A program made the position numbers and the translations under genes. This document shows positions 8,961 to 18,663 of a stretch of DNA of 64,000 nt, one piece after another. Each line of letters opens with the position of its first letter. Position 1 is the first letter of the stretch. A model generated the notes under the pieces. It was not told the DNA's origin and made no database searches. It worked only from the letters and a program-made list of their open reading frames with translations. The stretch covers positions 768,001 to 832,000 of the forward strand of contig CAVOVB010000001.1 of the NCBI GenBank assembly GCA_963699755.1, in the 5' to 3' direction. This DNA is from an uncultured delta proteobacterium (GTDB lineage: Bacteria; Myxococcota_A; Polyangia; Polyangiales; Houyiibacteriaceae).

Positions 8961-11900
8961 CTACTCGGAGGTCACTTGAATCTCGTCGAGCCCGATTTTC
9001 TCGCCGACCAGAACCACCCGCAAGGCGTGTGCGCCCTTGGTGAGCTTGACGCGCAGGGGTGCGGCCACGCCGTCTTCCATGGAGCCAAGCTCGATGAGTG
9101 GCTCGCCGTCGACTTCGAGAATCAGGCGACCCGTGCCGCTCCCTTTGATGCGAATCCCGAAAGTCCCCGTCTTGGGAGCGAGCAGCATCCAAGCGTGCCA
9201 CTCCTGACCGGCCTTGTTGAGGCAGGGCACGTATTGGCGCCAGCCGCTCACCTCGGCGCTGTGCGACCAATCCGTGTCGTCGATCCGAAGGGTGGCCGGC
9301 AGCGCCCGACCGTAGGTAGGCTCTGCGCGCAGCCGCTCCGACGCTGCTCGAAAGCTCCGCATGATCGGATAACTCGAGGCGCCGGCGAAGTCATAGCTCG
9401 GCCAGTAAGTGTACACACCCCAGACCGGAAGGAAGCTCCCCGATTGATCCCAAAGCATTATCGCCTGGTCGTTGATCTCGGTCGCACGGGGATCCCGAAG
9501 CTTGACCCAGTTCTGAATCGGCACCTGCCAGAAATCTCCGCCGAGCGACCAACCCGACTCATAGGCAACGACCTGAAGGCCGAACGCGCGCGCGTAACGG
9601 GCTTGCGAATTGAGCTGGTAGGCGAGGTCGGGAACGCCCTCCTGGCCCTGCGCCTCGCCCTTGGCAAATCCGCTCGTCAAGATTGCGTCGGCGCTCGCCA
9701 CTCGAACGGTGTCGATCACGAGGTAGTTCGGGTCATCGTCTCGACCGATGAACGTGATCCTATGCGTCCCCGGTTCTTCGATTTCAAAGACCGCGCTACC
9801 CCACTCTCCTTCGAGGCTGTTGATGTTTCGAAACCAGCCGCCGATCTCTGCGGTGTCCGGGCTTACTCGCGGGTCGCTCTGGTCGCGTGGGCTAATCTTC
9901 TGCTGGTCGAGAAGAATGTCGAACCGCGCGTATTGCGGCCAGCCTTCCGCGACGCCCGCTGCGCTGAACGCAATGGCGTACGAGCCGGCCTTCGTGAATC
10001 GGACCTGCTGGCTGATCGACCCCTTCCCGATCAAGAAGGCGGCCTGCTTACCGTCCACTGGCTTCGGAAGGTTCTTGAAACCGTCGATCTCTTTGCCTTC
10101 TTTCGGACGAATCAGCCCCGCTTCGCCTTCGAAAGCCCAAGCCGACCCCGAGGGCCGAGCCTTGCGCGTACCGGCGCCAATCGAAACCTGTTCGAAGCTG
10201 GGGTCCTCGAAGACAGCGCCCGATTGCTGCCCGGCTCTGTCCTCGAGCCCGTAGTACGCCGCGCCCCCGCCACCCCAGACGTAGTAGCTGACCGGGTGCG
10301 GGTCGCTCACGTTCTGACTGGAGCGGTTGTTGTAGTACGCGTCGATGAAGTCGAGGGACGCAAGCGCGGTCTCCTGGTAGTTGTCGTACTGATACTCGAT
10401 GAGGATTCGAACCCGTGAGCCCATCGCGGCGTCGCCCCAGATGCGCCGGAAGGTCTTGCTGGTCTGCACAGTCCGCGTTGCATGCCAGCGCCGCATTGCG
10501 GGCGCCCACTCGGGGTTGCCCGCCCGGCCATCGAAGTCGATCGCCTTCCAGGCGTCGGAACCGTTCTCATGTGCCTCGACCGTCAGCCGTTGCGCGGTAA
10601 TGGTCGACTCGAACCCCCAGTTCCAAATCTCATTGTCGGTCTCGACATAGAGACGCAAGTTGACATTGAGCGGTGGATAGACCGGGTTGGCGGTTGGCTG
10701 ACGATAGGGCTCGCGGCCATCACTCCCATAAAGCAGCAGAAGCGCCAGCTTTTCGAGGTACTCGTCGTTGGCACCGACCGGGATGGTGATGTAGAGGTCT
10801 GCCCCGGTTTCGTTGGCGAGCATCACCAGGTACTCCCAGTTCGGTTGGCCGCTCGCCCCGAGAATGAAGGGGTAGTCCGGCAGCGTGCGCCTGGACCATT
10901 CCCCGCCTACGTCCTTGTCCGAGATCACCCAGCGGATGAGGGTGTAGTGGTTCTCGACGATCCGTTTGAACGGGCGATAGACGATCTCGTCCGGTCGATG
11001 ATGCTCTGCACTGCCCTGTGCGATCGGCCGCATGAGCTTCACGCGTGCCACGCCATCATCGCTGCTTCCGGGTCGACGCTGAGTGTTGTTCAGTTGCAAC
11101 ATCGTCCGCGACCCATCGAGCGCCATCGTTGCGGTCGTCGTGTTCGTTGCCGCTTCGTACCCGGCGCCTTTTGGCAGGGTGTATTCGAACTTGCGCCCGT
11201 CGGCTTGAAAGATCGGATGAGTACAGCACTCCTGCTTGACCTCGGCTTGGCCCTCGAAGCTGAGCAGGTAGGTGCCCGACATTTCCGGCGAGCTCGGGTA
11301 GAACATTTCGCTCAAGACCAGCTCGACCCCCGAGCGGCTCGGCCAACCTTCTGCGTCGATCCCGGCCTCACCATCCGCGTAGCGCCTGCTCTTCATCAAG
11401 TCCGCCCAGACGTAGTCGTGCCAGATGTTCTGGTTGATGTTGATTCCCTGCTGACGAACCGGATCGATCACCTCCGGAGGAGTGCTCGCGCTCTTCCAAA
11501 GCAGTCGGCACTTCGCGCTGCCGCTGAGCTCGCGGTACTCGACCTCGATTTCGTAGAGCTCTCCCTTTCGCATGGGGAGCGTATTCGACTCGAACGCCCC
11601 CGATTCGTTCCATCGGTCGACGACTGTGCTCCACTCCGATGCGCCGGGTGCTCGCACCCTGACGCGAATGCCATCGTCCGCCTCGCCGAGGAACGTGTAG
11701 GCCTCGCCGAACCTCGGAATGATCTTACCTGCCCAACGAACCGAAAATCCGTCCCTGGGGAACGAACGGTACGGCTCTGCTGTGGAGCCTCCCACAGGCC
11801 GAAAGTCTTCCCAGTCGAAGTCGACACGCAAGTCGCGTCGACTGAACGAAGGCGTGCCTTCCAAGTTGGGGTTCGTGTAATAGCTGCCCTTCAACCCAGA

Positions 11901-13469
11901 GTCAGCAAAGCCGCCCCCCACCGCATCTGGCGCGGACGCGGCCACCGGACTCGCGAGGAGCAAGGCGACCACCGCTACCACGCCTGCCAGGTGCGGAGCC
12001 CCCGAGCTGCTCTTGGCTTGCTGCGCCGCAGCGATCCGCGCCTCCCTATTCTTGCGTCGCATCAGGGCAGCTTCCTGCAGAATCCCGGTCACGCAACCCA
12101 AGAGCGCGCCGCTCAAAACGAAAGCCAGTCCACTGAAGTCAGCATTGGGGATCATGTCGAAGGCCGCGAAGCCAATCATGAGCCCGAGCCCGGACAAGAG
12201 ACGCCGGTCGGAATCTCGCGGCACGAATCTCGCGCGCCGGAGCAACAGCAAGAGAGGAAAGAGCATCAGGCCGAACCTGCTGGCGAAGCCCACGATTCCG
12301 CTGTCGCCGAGCTGAATGATCCACTCGCCGTCGCGCGTCGACGAAAGGTGGCCGGACCAGGGCTCGAAGAGACAGGCGCGGCAATAGCTTCCCCAGCCGA
12401 ACCAGGGGCGCTCCATCGCGCGCTCGAGCAGGAGCTCTTCGTTCTCCAGTCTGAACATCATCGAGTGGGCCCGAGCTGGCCCGTACTCTTCTTCGGCCCA
12501 GGCTTTGAGATCATCGACGGGGATCCATTCGTTCGCGCGTGCGATTGGATAGGCTAGCAGGAGGCAAACCAAGACCGTACCCACCAGGACTTGAACCTTT
12601 GGACGCGCGAACAGGATGATCGGTACCGCCACGGTCGTGTAGAGAAGCGACGCTACGCTCTTGGTGGAAGCCAGGACGATCCAGAGGTACGCGGTGACCC
12701 CAGCCGCCGGAAATCGGAGGATTCTGACCCCGCCTTTGTGCATGGAAGCGGCCGCCAAAACCGACAGCGAGGTGAACAGAGCGACCGCGAGCCCGTGAGC
12801 CATGAACACCATGGGGCGATACCCGCCCGCGCGTATAGTCTGATTGAAACCGTGCTGATGGAAGCCGTAGACCCAGCGGTGAAGTTGAGGGCTCATGATC
12901 AGCTCGACGAACATGAGGAGCGAATAGAGCATTGCCGAAATGGCCATGATGCTGAGCAGAGTCCGGAGGTCTTTCGAGGTCCGGAACATCACGGAGCCCA
13001 AATAGAACGGAAGTATCGTGCTGAGCAGGGCAATTACGATCGCATGAACCGCATCGTAGGGCGCCTGTCCAGGCACGAATCGCGACCCGACTCGGAACCC
13101 ATCGAAGTTCAAGAAGATCGTGAGCACCGAGCCGACGAGAAACAGGCCGACGAGGAACCTGACCCCTTTGCTCTTGGGCCCCGACCTCAGACGCTGGCGG
13201 TGAAAGAGCAATGCGCCGATCAATATCCAGACGAAGATGATCTCGAGCTTCGCGAACTCGGGAAGCCCAGCCGGCTTGAAGAAGACGACCTCGGGAAGGA
13301 GCAAGAGCCCACCGAAGTAGAGCGTGGCCGTCGCCCTCGCGGGAGGCCACCGCCGCATCCCCCAGATCGCAATGGGAATCCAGATGAAGAAGGCGAGGAG
13401 GCTGAATATGTTACCGCCGGTATAATAAGACACGCTCGCTTCGCCTGATCCTCGATACGATCGTGCCAT
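8961..13469 (-). CDS. Fusion protein: O-antigen ligase/Wzy-polymerase-like multi-TM domain + PA14 + glycoside-hydrolase-like domain + beta-sandwich modules
   Basis: The first ~470 aa are polytopic (YRPMVFMAHGL; FRLENEELLLERAMERPWFGWG). Then come PA14 (FSVRWAGKI...EADDGIRV), a TIM-barrel-like region (WEYLVMLANE; YVETDNEIWNW; VAYESG) and a terminal LTKGAHALRV module. Single uninterrupted ORF. Confidence 0.75.
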   Translation of the reverse strand: MARSYRGSGEASVSYYTGGNIFSLLAFFIWIPIAIWGMRRWPPARATATLYFGGLLLLPEVVFFKPAGLPEFAKLEIIFVWILIGALLFHRQRLRSGPKSKGVRFLVGLFLVGSVLTIFLNFDGFRVGSRFVPGQAPYDAVHAIVIALLSTILPFYLGSVMFRTSKDLRTLLSIMAISAMLYSLLMFVELIMSPQLHRWVYGFHQHGFNQTIRAGGYRPMVFMAHGLAVALFTSLSVLAAASMHKGGVRILRFPAAGVTAYLWIVLASTKSVASLLYTTVAVPIILFARPKVQVLVGTVLVCLLLAYPIARANEWIPVDDLKAWAEEEYGPARAHSMMFRLENEELLLERAMERPWFGWGSYCRACLFEPWSGHLSSTRDGEWIIQLGDSGIVGFASRFGLMLFPLLLLLRRARFVPRDSDRRLLSGLGLMIGFAAFDMIPNADFSGLAFVLSGALLGCVTGILQEAALMRRKNREARIAAAQQAKSSSGAPHLAGVVAVVALLLASPVAASAPDAVGGGFADSGLKGSYYTNPNLEGTPSFSRRDLRVDFDWEDFRPVGGSTAEPYRSFPRDGFSVRWAGKIIPRFGEAYTFLGEADDGIRVRVRAPGASEWSTVVDRWNESGAFESNTLPMRKGELYEIEVEYRELSGSAKCRLLWKSASTPPEVIDPVRQQGININQNIWHDYVWADLMKSRRYADGEAGIDAEGWPSRSGVELVLSEMFYPSSPEMSGTYLLSFEGQAEVKQECCTHPIFQADGRKFEYTLPKGAGYEAATNTTTATMALDGSRTMLQLNNTQRRPGSSDDGVARVKLMRPIAQGSAEHHRPDEIVYRPFKRIVENHYTLIRWVISDKDVGGEWSRRTLPDYPFILGASGQPNWEYLVMLANETGADLYITIPVGANDEYLEKLALLLLYGSDGREPYRQPTANPVYPPLNVNLRLYVETDNEIWNWGFESTITAQRLTVEAHENGSDAWKAIDFDGRAGNPEWAPAMRRWHATRTVQTSKTFRRIWGDAAMGSRVRILIEYQYDNYQETALASLDFIDAYYNNRSSQNVSDPHPVSYYVWGGGGAAYYGLEDRAGQQSGAVFEDPSFEQVSIGAGTRKARPSGSAWAFEGEAGLIRPKEGKEIDGFKNLPKPVDGKQAAFLIGKGSISQQVRFTKAGSYAIAFSAAGVAEGWPQYARFDILLDQQKISPRDQSDPRVSPDTAEIGGWFRNINSLEGEWGSAVFEIEEPGTHRITFIGRDDDPNYLVIDTVRVASADAILTSGFAKGEAQGQEGVPDLAYQLNSQARYARAFGLQVVAYESGWSLGGDFWQVPIQNWVKLRDPRATEINDQAIMLWDQSGSFLPVWGVYTYWPSYDFAGASSYPIMRSFRAASERLRAEPTYGRALPATLRIDDTDWSHSAEVSGWRQYVPCLNKAGQEWHAWMLLAPKTGTFGIRIKGSGTGRLILEVDGEPLIELGSMEDGVAAPLRVKLTKGAHALRVVLVGEKIGLDEIQVTSE

Positions 13470-13566
13470 GGAAGCGGCGGAGCCACCAGGCCGGCCGCCG
13501 CGCTCGTGCGTTTACCCTTGCCCGTCGAGCGGGTCTTTGACGGCGATCTGACCTATAGTGACTTCG

Positions 13567-14742
13567 ATGAACCTGCTGGCGATCCCCATCGCTATCGCTG
13601 CTGCGATTCTGTTGATCCCCGCGCTGATCTTCTTCGTGGAATGCTTCGCGAGCCTCTTTTTGCCGGGCGGGAAGCCACGCCGGAGGCCCGAAGGCGTCTC
13701 GGCCGTGGTCATGATCCCGGCGCATGACGAGAAGGAAGGCGTCGGCCCCACGATCATCGGAGTCCAGTCACAGCTCGTGCTGGGCGACCGGGTCCTGGTC
13801 ATCGCCGACAATTGCACCGATGACACCGCCGACCGCGCTCGCGCCGCCGGCGCAGAGGTGATCGAACGCACCGATGCTGCTCGGCGCGGAAAGGGATACG
13901 CACTCGCCTTTGGCGTCGAGCACCTGGATGTCGATCCACCGGACGTGGTCATCGTGGTCGACGCCGACTGCCGGCTCACACCGGGTTCCATCGATGCGCT
14001 CCTCGAGCGAGCCACGCAGACCCAAAGGCCTGTCCAGGCCGACTACGTCTTCCAGCCCTCGGAGCGTTCCCCGCTCTCGATGATCTCGGCGCTTGCTACG
14101 ATGGTCCGCAATCGCGTCCGACCTCGCGGGCTCAGGCGCTTAGGCCAGCCCTGTCATCTGACCGGCACCGGTATGGCCTTTCCCTGGAAGGTCATGCGCG
14201 CGGCCCCCGAGCTTGGCGACAACATCGTCGAAGATCTCGCGATGGGTATCGAGCTCGCCATCCTGGGACATGAACCGCTGCTCTGCATCGAAGCGGGGAC
14301 CCGAAGTGAGTTGCCGACCGGACGCAACGCCGCGATTCAGCAAAGGCGGCGCTGGGAGCACGGGCACATCGCCACGCTGCTCGAGCACGGTCCGCGCCTC
14401 ATCCGCGAAGGGATCGTCCAGCGGAGGCCGGGCCTGATCGCGATGGGCGCCGACATCATCGTTCCTCCGCTGGCGTTGCTGGTCGGCCTCCTGCTCCTCA
14501 TTCTGGGGCTGTCCGGATTGCTGGTGCTCTTCGGTGCTCCGAGCTATCCGGTCTGGATCGCAGCAATCGCGTTCGTCCTAGTGGCCCTCGGCGTCGCGAT
14601 GGGCTGGGCTCGCTACGGTCGAAAGGCCGTCCCGTTCCGCTTTTTGCTACTCGTTCCCCTCTACGTGCTCTGGAAGATCCCTCTGTATGGATCGTTCTTG
14701 CTCGGGCGCCGCGAACGGAAGTGGCGACGTACCGAGCGCTGA
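13567..14742 (+). CDS. Glycosyltransferase family 2, CESA-like with QxxRW motif
   Basis: IPAHDE, ADNCTD, VVDAD, VEDL and QRRRWE motifs; N- and C-terminal TM helices. Confidence 0.9.
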   Translation: MNLLAIPIAIAAAILLIPALIFFVECFASLFLPGGKPRRRPEGVSAVVMIPAHDEKEGVGPTIIGVQSQLVLGDRVLVIADNCTDDTADRARAAGAEVIERTDAARRGKGYALAFGVEHLDVDPPDVVIVVDADCRLTPGSIDALLERATQTQRPVQADYVFQPSERSPLSMISALATMVRNRVRPRGLRRLGQPCHLTGTGMAFPWKVMRAAPELGDNIVEDLAMGIELAILGHEPLLCIEAGTRSELPTGRNAAIQQRRRWEHGHIATLLEHGPRLIREGIVQRRPGLIAMGADIIVPPLALLVGLLLLILGLSGLLVLFGAPSYPVWIAAIAFVLVALGVAMGWARYGRKAVPFRFLLLVPLYVLWKIPLYGSFLLGRRERKWRRTER

Positions 14743-14881
14743 GCTGAATTGGACCTCTGGCGCCTTCCCGCTTGGATTTGGTAGGGCCGATTCTGCGGGC
14801 TAGACTGAAATCGTCCGGAGGCCGCGGCCTCGACGAAGTCATGCTGTGTGAACGAGATACCGCTGCCACAGAGGATCGGGA

Positions 14882-16000
14882 TTGCTGAACGTGGGAGCCC
14901 CCATCGTAGGACGCATCTTGCGCGATGCGGTCGGGTCACATGCGCCGCGCCAAAGCCGCGAAGCGCATTTGCGATCAGCCGTCGATTGGCTCAAGCGGGC
15001 GGCCGCCGCAACACCCGACAACGGAGTGAGCTACGGCTACTCGATACGGGGTGGCTGGCGACCTTCCTACCGGGAGACTTCGGGCTACATCGCGGTCACC
15101 CTGTACGACCTCGCGCAACGGCTTGGAGATTCTGAATCCGCTCGCCTCGCCCGGTCGGTGTCCGACTGGCTTTGCGAAGTGCAAGAACCAGATGGCTCAA
15201 TCGCCAACCCCGAGTACCGTGTCGGCGAAGGGATCGTGTTCGACACCGGACAAGTTCTCCTCGGCTACGTTCGCGCCTACCGGGAAACCGGCGATGCTCG
15301 TTTCCGAGACGCGGGCGCTCGTGCCTGCACCTGGCTGGCCGACCGAGTCGATGACGACGGGGCCTGGCGGAGAAATACCCACCTTGGAAACCCACACACC
15401 TACAACACACGCGTCGCCTGGGCGATGCTCGAATTCAACGATGTTGCGGCCGACCCGGCGATCGAAGCAGCTGCGCGGAAGAACCTCGACTGGGCGCTCA
15501 CTCAAGAGAAGAACGGCTACTTCGAGAACTGTGCCTTCGAGCCGAATGTCGCGCCATTCACGCACACGATCGCTTACGCGATCCGAGGCTTCCACGAGGC
15601 CGGGCGACTTCTAGCCGATGCGCGCTACGAACAGACGGCAGTCCGAGCGGCCGACGCTGTTTTGGAGCACGTGCGGCATGACGGCTGGATCCCGGGACAA
15701 ATCGACGAACAGGGACGGGCGAGCGCGCGCTACTGCTGTCTCACCGGCAACTGCCAGCTCGCGATCATTTGGCTCAAGCTCTACCAATCGACAGGCGGGG
15801 CCCGCTACCTCGATGCGGCGAAGCGCAGTCTCGGCTACGTGATGGAGCAGCAGGATATCAGCACCTCTACTCTCGCGCTCCGGGGTGCCATCAAGGGCTC
15901 CCAACCGATCTGGGGACGATACGCGCCGTTCTCGTATCCGAACTGGGCAACCAAGTTCTTCATCGATGCGATGCTCCTCTGGGATGAGGTCGCATCATGA
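14882..16000 (+). CDS. (alpha/alpha)6-barrel protein (squalene-cyclase-repeat/epimerase-like) of polysaccharide loci
   Basis: Repeated 'WL...Q..DG' helical motifs; SYRETSGY, FDTGQVL and YPNWATKFF. Stop overlaps the next gene (ATGA). Exact start uncertain. Confidence 0.6.
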   Translation: MLNVGAPIVGRILRDAVGSHAPRQSREAHLRSAVDWLKRAAAATPDNGVSYGYSIRGGWRPSYRETSGYIAVTLYDLAQRLGDSESARLARSVSDWLCEVQEPDGSIANPEYRVGEGIVFDTGQVLLGYVRAYRETGDARFRDAGARACTWLADRVDDDGAWRRNTHLGNPHTYNTRVAWAMLEFNDVAADPAIEAAARKNLDWALTQEKNGYFENCAFEPNVAPFTHTIAYAIRGFHEAGRLLADARYEQTAVRAADAVLEHVRHDGWIPGQIDEQGRASARYCCLTGNCQLAIIWLKLYQSTGGARYLDAAKRSLGYVMEQQDISTSTLALRGAIKGSQPIWGRYAPFSYPNWATKFFIDAMLLWDEVAS

Positions 16001-16746
16001 AGACGGTTGAGATTCTGAACGGCGCGTTTGGCTGCGTCACCTTGGAGGACACCGTCGACTGGGCACGTGATTGGATCGCGAGCGGTCAGCGAGGCTATGT
16101 CTGCACCGTCAACGTTGCAATTCTCATGATGATGCGCGCAAACCCCAATCTACAGCGCTTCGTCGATGGCGCCTCACTCGTGGTGGCGGACGGCCAGCCC
16201 TTGATCTGGGCCTCGTATCTTCAGGGCGACGCTCTGCCCGAGCGGGTCACCGGTGTCGACCTCGTCGACGAGCTCTGCGAGCTGGCTTCTGAAGAAGGCT
16301 TCGGCGTGTACTTCCTCGGTGCCCGGGCTGAGGTCATCGAGACGGCAGTCGCCAACCTGAAGGCTCGTCATCCGGGGCTCGAGGTCTGTGGCGTTGCCGA
16401 CGGGTACTTCAGCGCCGCCGAGGCATCCGAACGCGCACGAGCCATCCGCGAGAGCGGCGCCAAGCTCCTGTTCGTCGGTATGGGCGTGCCGCGGCAAGAA
16501 GAGTTCCTCGAAAACCAGTGGGAAGAGCTGGGAGTCTCGCTCGCCATACCGGTGGGCGGCAGCTTCGACGTGCTCGCCGGAAAGGCACGCCGCGCCCCGG
16601 TCCTGCTACAGCGCCTTGGGATGGAGTGGGCGTTTCGCCTCGCTCAAGAGCCTCGCCGCCTTTGGAAGCGATACCTGCTCACCAACACGCAGTTCATTTA
16701 CCACGTACTTAGAAGTGCCACGCGCTCGGAGCCCGACTCCCGATGA
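15997..16746 (+). CDS. WecG/TagA/CpsF family glycosyltransferase (GT26)
   Basis: VVADGQP, ERVTGVDL, VGMGVPRQE and GMEWAFRLAQEPRRLWKRY motifs. Confidence 0.93.
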   Translation: MKTVEILNGAFGCVTLEDTVDWARDWIASGQRGYVCTVNVAILMMMRANPNLQRFVDGASLVVADGQPLIWASYLQGDALPERVTGVDLVDELCELASEEGFGVYFLGARAEVIETAVANLKARHPGLEVCGVADGYFSAAEASERARAIRESGAKLLFVGMGVPRQEEFLENQWEELGVSLAIPVGGSFDVLAGKARRAPVLLQRLGMEWAFRLAQEPRRLWKRYLLTNTQFIYHVLRSATRSEPDSR

Positions 16747-16765
16747 GGTCGGGGCGGAGACGGAA

Positions 16766-17863
16766 ATGACGTCGAAGAAGAAGCTCCTGATTGTCATGGG
16801 CACGAGGCCAGAGGTCATCAAGTTGGCTCCAGTGGTCATCGGCGCCCGAAATCGACCCGAGGAGTTCGAGACCGTCGTGGTCGCGACCAGCCAGCACCGA
16901 GAGATGCTCGATCAGATGCTCGAGACGTTCCAGATTGAAGTCGACTTCGACTTGGATATCATGAAGCCCAACCAAGACCTGCGTCACGTCACCAGCGCGG
17001 CGTTGAACGGCCTTCACGACGTCATCGGGGCGGTTCAACCCGATTGGGTCATCGTCCAAGGCGACACCACCACGACGTTTACCGGAGCCCTTGCGGCCTT
17101 CTACCATCAGATTCCGGTCGCCCACGTCGAAGCGGGGCTCAGGACCTACGACAAGCAGCACCCCTTCCCCGAAGAAATCAATCGAAGGATGACGGGCCAG
17201 ATCGCCGACGCACACTTTGCGCCGACCACCCTGTCGCGTGACAATCTCATTCGGGAAGGCGTGAGCCCAGATGCCATTTCGGTCACGGGCAATACCGGGA
17301 TCGATGCACTTTTTCTCACACTTGCTTCGACTCCCGGGGGAGCAGTAGCGTCGACCGGTGAGCGGCGTTTGCTCGTCACGGCCCATCGCCGAGAGAACCA
17401 CGGCGAGCCGATGGAGCGAATCTGCCGCGCCGTGCTTCGGCTGGTCGATGATTTCCCAGACCTTCGTGCCTACTATCCCGTGCACCTGAGCCCCAGGGTG
17501 AGGGACGTGGTCCTCCCTTTGCTCGGGGATCACCCTCGGGTCGAGCTCGGTGAACCGCTGGAATACCTTGACTTCGTTCAGGAAATGAACCGGTCCCATA
17601 TCATTTTGACCGACTCCGGCGGGATCCAGGAAGAAGCCCCTTCGCTCGGGAAGCCGGTCCTCGTCATGCGAGAGACCACCGAGAGGCCTGAGGGAATCGA
17701 CGCCGGGACCGTCCGTCTGGTCGGCACCGACGAAGACCGCATCTACGCGGAGAGCGCGCGTCTCCTTGGCGACGATGCGGCCTACGAAGAGATGGCCCAA
17801 GCGCGAAATCCCTACGGGGACGGGAAAGCCACCGAGCGGATTCTCTCGGTTCTCGCTGGCTAA
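16766..17863 (+). CDS. wecB: UDP-N-acetylglucosamine 2-epimerase (non-hydrolysing)
   Basis: GTRPEVIK, VQGDTTT, HVEAGLRT, TDSGGIQEEAPSLGKPVL and NPYGDG motifs. Confidence 0.96.
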   Translation: MTSKKKLLIVMGTRPEVIKLAPVVIGARNRPEEFETVVVATSQHREMLDQMLETFQIEVDFDLDIMKPNQDLRHVTSAALNGLHDVIGAVQPDWVIVQGDTTTTFTGALAAFYHQIPVAHVEAGLRTYDKQHPFPEEINRRMTGQIADAHFAPTTLSRDNLIREGVSPDAISVTGNTGIDALFLTLASTPGGAVASTGERRLLVTAHRRENHGEPMERICRAVLRLVDDFPDLRAYYPVHLSPRVRDVVLPLLGDHPRVELGEPLEYLDFVQEMNRSHIILTDSGGIQEEAPSLGKPVLVMRETTERPEGIDAGTVRLVGTDEDRIYAESARLLGDDAAYEEMAQARNPYGDGKATERILSVLAG

Positions 17864-17903
17864 GCTGGAGCTTCGAGAGCGAACGGGTTAGGCTTCGCCG
17901 ACC

Positions 17904-18611
17904 TTGGCAAGAACGCGCGTCACTTCACCAGCACTAGACGTCGTCAGCGAAGCCAGAGCGCTTCGCGTGCAAGTGCTCAACGTCTCGCTGCTCATCTCTG
18001 TCGTCGTCGGTGGCGCCGCGTTCGTGCGAACCTTGATCGATGCGATCGACCGGGGCGCATGGATCATCATGAGTGGATCGATCGCCATGTACCTCGGCTT
18101 GATCATTCTTCTCTTCGTCAAGCGTCTATCCTACTCGATTCGGGCTCGTGGTTTTCTCACCCTCCTTTACATCGTGGCGGTCCTCTCCCTGTTGGCGGTC
18201 GGCTACCTCGGAGCCCCCATGCTTATCTTGGCCGGTCAAAGCGTTCTTGCGTCCGTGCTGTTCGGGCGGCGAACTACCTTCTTCATCCTGGGCGTGAATC
18301 TTGCGACCCTGCTGATCGTGGGTGCCCTGCTGTCGAGCGGCGTCACAACGGTGGAGACGACCGCCTTCTACGATCCGGGTGTATTCATGAATTGGCTCCG
18401 CGTCACGGCGATCTTTGCAGTGTTTTGCGGAATCTCCGTCGTGAGCGTCGACGTCATCACCAATCATCTCAACCAGAGCTTGAGGGATCAGGCCGAGCTC
18501 ATCGAGAACCTCAAAGGCGCAATGCAACTGCGCGACGCCGCAGAAGACCAACGGCGCATGGCTGAGCGACGCCTTCGGGAATCGCAGCAGATGTCCAAGG
18601 TCGAAAGCTAG
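17904..18611 (+). CDS. Multi-TM membrane protein with C-terminal coiled coil (sensor-like, no kinase domain)
   Basis: About 6 hydrophobic segments, then a helical tail ending ...ERRLRESQQMSKVES*. Confidence 0.7.
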   Translation: MARTRVTSPALDVVSEARALRVQVLNVSLLISVVVGGAAFVRTLIDAIDRGAWIIMSGSIAMYLGLIILLFVKRLSYSIRARGFLTLLYIVAVLSLLAVGYLGAPMLILAGQSVLASVLFGRRTTFFILGVNLATLLIVGALLSSGVTTVETTAFYDPGVFMNWLRVTAIFAVFCGISVVSVDVITNHLNQSLRDQAELIENLKGAMQLRDAAEDQRRMAERRLRESQQMSKVES

Positions 18612-18663
18612 GAACGGCTGCCGAGCGGGGCGGGCCGCAGATCGACCGCCGGCACACCTGGCC

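Noticed and set aside
8976..12557. Long plus-strand ORFs opposite the Wzy fusion
   Set aside because: Antisense shadows typical of high-GC coding DNA.
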